From contig NW_021835491.1 in assembly GCF_006345805.1 (NCBI RefSeq), positions 1-40,526 of the forward strand: a DNA stretch of 40,526 bases, written 5' to 3'. Of the stretch, positions 37,360-40,526 are shown in pieces. Position 1 is the stretch's first letter. Every line of letters starts with the position of its first letter. A program made the position numbers and the translations under genes. The DNA is from Octopus sinensis (taxonomy: Eukaryota). The notes under the pieces were generated by a model. The model was given only the letters and a program-made list of their open reading frames with translations, was not told the origin of the DNA and did no database searches.

Positions 37360-37598
37360 CTAAACAAGTTTCAATAAAATAAATCCTTTTCTCTTTATCG
37401 TAGCTATATATATATATATATATATATATATGTGGTGTGTGTGTGTGTGTGTACATTTAAACCGATTAATTGCCAAATGGAAGAGTCTATCAAAGGCAAC
37501 ATAGGTACCATATTTATAGGAATAACTCACCACTATAAACTACAGAAAAATTGGTAATTTCTTTTCTATGATTTCTGGTGTAGGTTTCAAAGCCGTAC

Positions 37599-37778
37599 CT
37601 TTTGAGAAAAGGGTCAAATCAGTGAGGATAATCTTTGCACTTGACTGGTGCTTCATTTCATCGATCCAATTCAGATGAAAGTCTGTATGTAACTCAGTGT
37701 GATTTGAACACAGAGAATATAGATTCGCACCCAAATACCACTCAAAAGATTTTGCCAATCCGTCGCAGCACTTCAACG
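37599..37778 (-). CDS. Putative upstream coding exon of the same gene (..CCDGLAKSFEWYLGAN..DLTLFSK)
   Basis: Open frame ending at donor AAG|GTACGG (37599). Its phase-1 end joins the 37359 acceptor in frame (G+AG = Glu). The 5' boundary is uncertain: AG before 37797, 37778 or 37770. Confidence 0.45.
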
Positions 37779-37930
37779 CTGATGAGTGTTTCGTGAGCTT
37801 GAAGCGACGAGTTCAAATCATTCTACAGCTATAGCATGTAGATCGTATGTATTCATACATTTAGATTCTATTCTAGATTCTCAAAGGAAGGGAGTGTTCT
37901 AAGAAGCATCGTACTGATCGCGTGACATAC

Positions 37931-37942
37931 CATCTGTGCCAT
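37931..37942 (-). CDS. Putative start-codon exon end (ATG GCA CAG ATG|gtatgt)
   Basis: AAAGATGG start context and strong donor GTATGT. In phase with the acceptors at 37797 or 37770. Confidence 0.3.
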
Positions 37943-38469
37943 CTTTAATTTTTTTTTTAACGAGCCAATGAGGAAAATACTATGCGATCGATTGAGCGTT
38001 TAGAAATAGCAAACAAATCTCCCTAAAATGACAACCCTATCATCTTAGAAAAGAAGGACATATTGGGTACTATGATCCTAGGCACTGACTTCCTAGTAAA
38101 AATGTTGGGATGGTCGCAGTTGGAGCAGACAAGAGCAGAACCAGGCTGATCCGAGGATAAGCAGCAACAGTAAAGACAACTTATATTTAAATTTTACTGC
38201 AATCTTTAAAATATTTAGAGAGGGCGAATTGGCACAATTGCTATAGTGACTTTATGAGTTCGTATCCCAGCAAGTTCGGTAATAATATTGGGACCAATTT
38301 GTTTTTCTTCAAGTTAATCTCTCCCAAAATCAATCCTGCGTCCCGGTTTTCTATTCTTAGCTGAAGCAAAATTAATTTGACTGGTTTCACTGAAATCATT
38401 TTAAAACTGCATCAACGTCGTTACACCTTCAAATGTTTGTTTTGTAGCTATTTGCTCTCCCCCACCAAC

Positions 38470-38655
38470 GCTAGACAACCCGTGTTTGAGTGTTTACATC
38501 CTCGTAACTTAGTGGTTTGGCAAAAATGAACGATAGAATAAGTACGAAGCTGAAAAGCGAAAAAGTACTACAGTCGATACATCTGACTATAATTCTTGAA
38601 GGCGGTGCCACGGCATGGCCGCAGTCTAATGATTGAAACAAGTAAAAGATAAAAG
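38470..38655 (+). mobile_element. SINE family B, diverged 3' half
   Basis: ACTTAGTGGTTTGGCAAAAATGAACGATAGAATAAGTAC..GGCATGGCCGCAGTC..GAAACAAGTAAAAG. Confidence 0.8.
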
Positions 38656-38856
38656 TTGTATGCATCTTTATACTGGATGATATTAAATGACCAAAAAGAT
38701 CACAAATTATTTAATGATTCACTCAGTAAGTGATTGGTTGTTTTAAATTATCATAAAACTTAATATCTTTCAAATCGTTCAGTTTGTGTTATAGATTTTA
38801 ATATCAACATTGCTGATGTATTCACAAAAACGCGTACGGACATACATACACACATA

Positions 38857-38966
<110 letters not shown>

Positions 38967-39515
38967 ATATAATGGATATCTACGTTTTTAATGGAGGAGA
39001 TTCTGGTTGGCAGAATTGCAATCAATATTTTGCATTGTAGAAAATTTCATTTCGACAATTCCATTATTGAAAATTTAGCAACGTTATATAAATTCAAATA
39101 TTATTGCTTTATTTTAAATAAAATCATATTTTATTATGTGATCACGTTTTTAATAACATTTTAATTAAGTCAAAATGTAAGCTTGGATGGTTTTAAATTC
39201 AAAGGATTTTAATTAATGAAATGAAGTCGATTAATTTTAAAGTAGGTAACAAAACTAAAATGGTCCGCTGCTTCACTCGCGCAATTTTAGGTTTTCTCAA
39301 AGAATACGTAACCATGTTACTTTGGGAATTTTATTAACCGTTTTGCTTTATCCGCAACATTTCATAAAAATATTCGTAGAACCAGTTTTGGTTTTCATTT
39401 GTGACAGTGCTGGAACGTAATAGTTCGACATTATTATTGGCAGTCTATAGAGTAGATTAATATCAAAAGATAAACCCAAAACAAAGGTATTCCTTTATGT
39501 AGGGTTTAATTGGGC

Positions 39516-39517
<2 letters not shown>

Positions 39518-39583
<66 letters not shown>

Positions 39584-39588
39584 GTCTA

Positions 39589-39619
<31 letters not shown>

Positions 39620-39647
39620 CAATCTATCTATTTGCCTGTCTGTGTGC

Positions 39648-39695
<48 letters not shown>

Positions 39696-39750
39696 GCCAG
39701 TCTGTATGTCTGTCTGTTTTACTCCCTCTCTCTCTTTCTCTCTCTCTCTC
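39518..39750. repeat. (ATCT)n/(GTCT)n/(CT)n microsatellite
   Basis: Direct reading. Confidence 0.92.
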
Positions 39751-39955
39751 GATCTCATGTTTAATAATTGTTATAATTATGCAAATTACCTTAGGCTATA
39801 TATATGCTTTATATAATCCCTTTGTATATATCTGAGTCTTGTATCGCACTGTAGTCAAGATATCGCATCTGCTGTGCTGATGATGCGAAATGAGGGAGGA
39901 ACACGCGAAAACATTTGTTGTTTAAAAATATATTTTAAAAAGTCTTTTTCTTAAT

Positions 39956-39987
39956 GGCGCGCCAATCCCGGAAGATCGTAGATTGGC
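39956..39987. promoter_or_regulatory. Candidate Pol II promoter cluster: CCAAT box + ETS site + inverted CCAAT box
   Basis: GGCGCGCCAATCCCGGAAGATCGTAGATTGGC: GCCAAT 39961-39966, CCGGAAG 39968-39974, GATTGGC 39981-39987, in CpG-containing unique sequence. Confidence 0.4.
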
Positions 39988-40526
39988 TGAGTTTGACTCC
40001 CTTTCTTCAACTGAGAATGTTCCAATTCTCATTAAGTACTTGCTCAGATTTTTCTCGAAGCGAAGTTATTTGGAATAAATGAAGAATTTATCTTGTATGT
40101 TATTTAGTATACCTATCTTTGTCGTTGTTCCTCAAATTCATGCCACTTGCCACTCTGAGTTCTTTTTCTCAGCAGGTCACTTTACGCATGTATGTACGTG
40201 TAGATGTGTGCATGCGCACGCGCGTGTGTGGGTGTGGGATATGCAAGGGTGTGTGTGTGTGTGTGGGTGGTATACAAACTTAGAAGTCTCATTTGAACTA
40301 AGTAATAATTAGATAGTCTTTTGGGCAAAAGATGTCGGATGCCTTGGACTAATTTGGTTTCGTATTTAAACAGAAATATCATTATCGTCGTCATCGTCAT
40401 CGTCGTCGTCGGCGTCGTTATCGTCTGCTGCAGCAGACGCCGGGCATTCAACGTGTGCAGACGACACAATTATATCTCATAGGAAGTTCTGTAATTTACA
40501 CAATTAAAACATTTTCAGACTGGAAG

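Noticed and set aside
37700-37770. GLAKSFEWYLG resembles the STING motif GLAWSYYxGYL
   Set aside because: The similarity does not extend to any downstream STING motif; treated as coincidence.

Overview
Repeat-saturated, AT-rich eukaryotic DNA. The SINE families and dense (TA)n/(CA)n/(TATG)n/(ATCT)n microsatellites look like a coleoid cephalopod, probably Octopus; this rests on my recall of the repeat families, not a search. Most ORFs in the track are microsatellite or SINE artefacts. Supported content: about 17 tRNA-derived SINE copies from several families with swapped head/tail modules (five with clear TSDs), three decayed Tc1/mariner transposons, an RTE-type LINE endonuclease remnant, a MITE, local tandem duplications, and Penelope-like termini. 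One convincing protein-coding locus lies on the minus strand at ~36.1-38.0 kb: an unrecognised, apparently spliced gene whose UAG stop is followed by 68 more in-frame codons. The most notable hidden structure is a set of hammerhead-ribozyme-like motifs with palindromic stem III: near-complete at 23748-23810, partial or degenerate at 6191-6228, 9799-9836 and 7830-7884. No prokaryotic operon, CRISPR array, rRNA or true tRNA gene is present.
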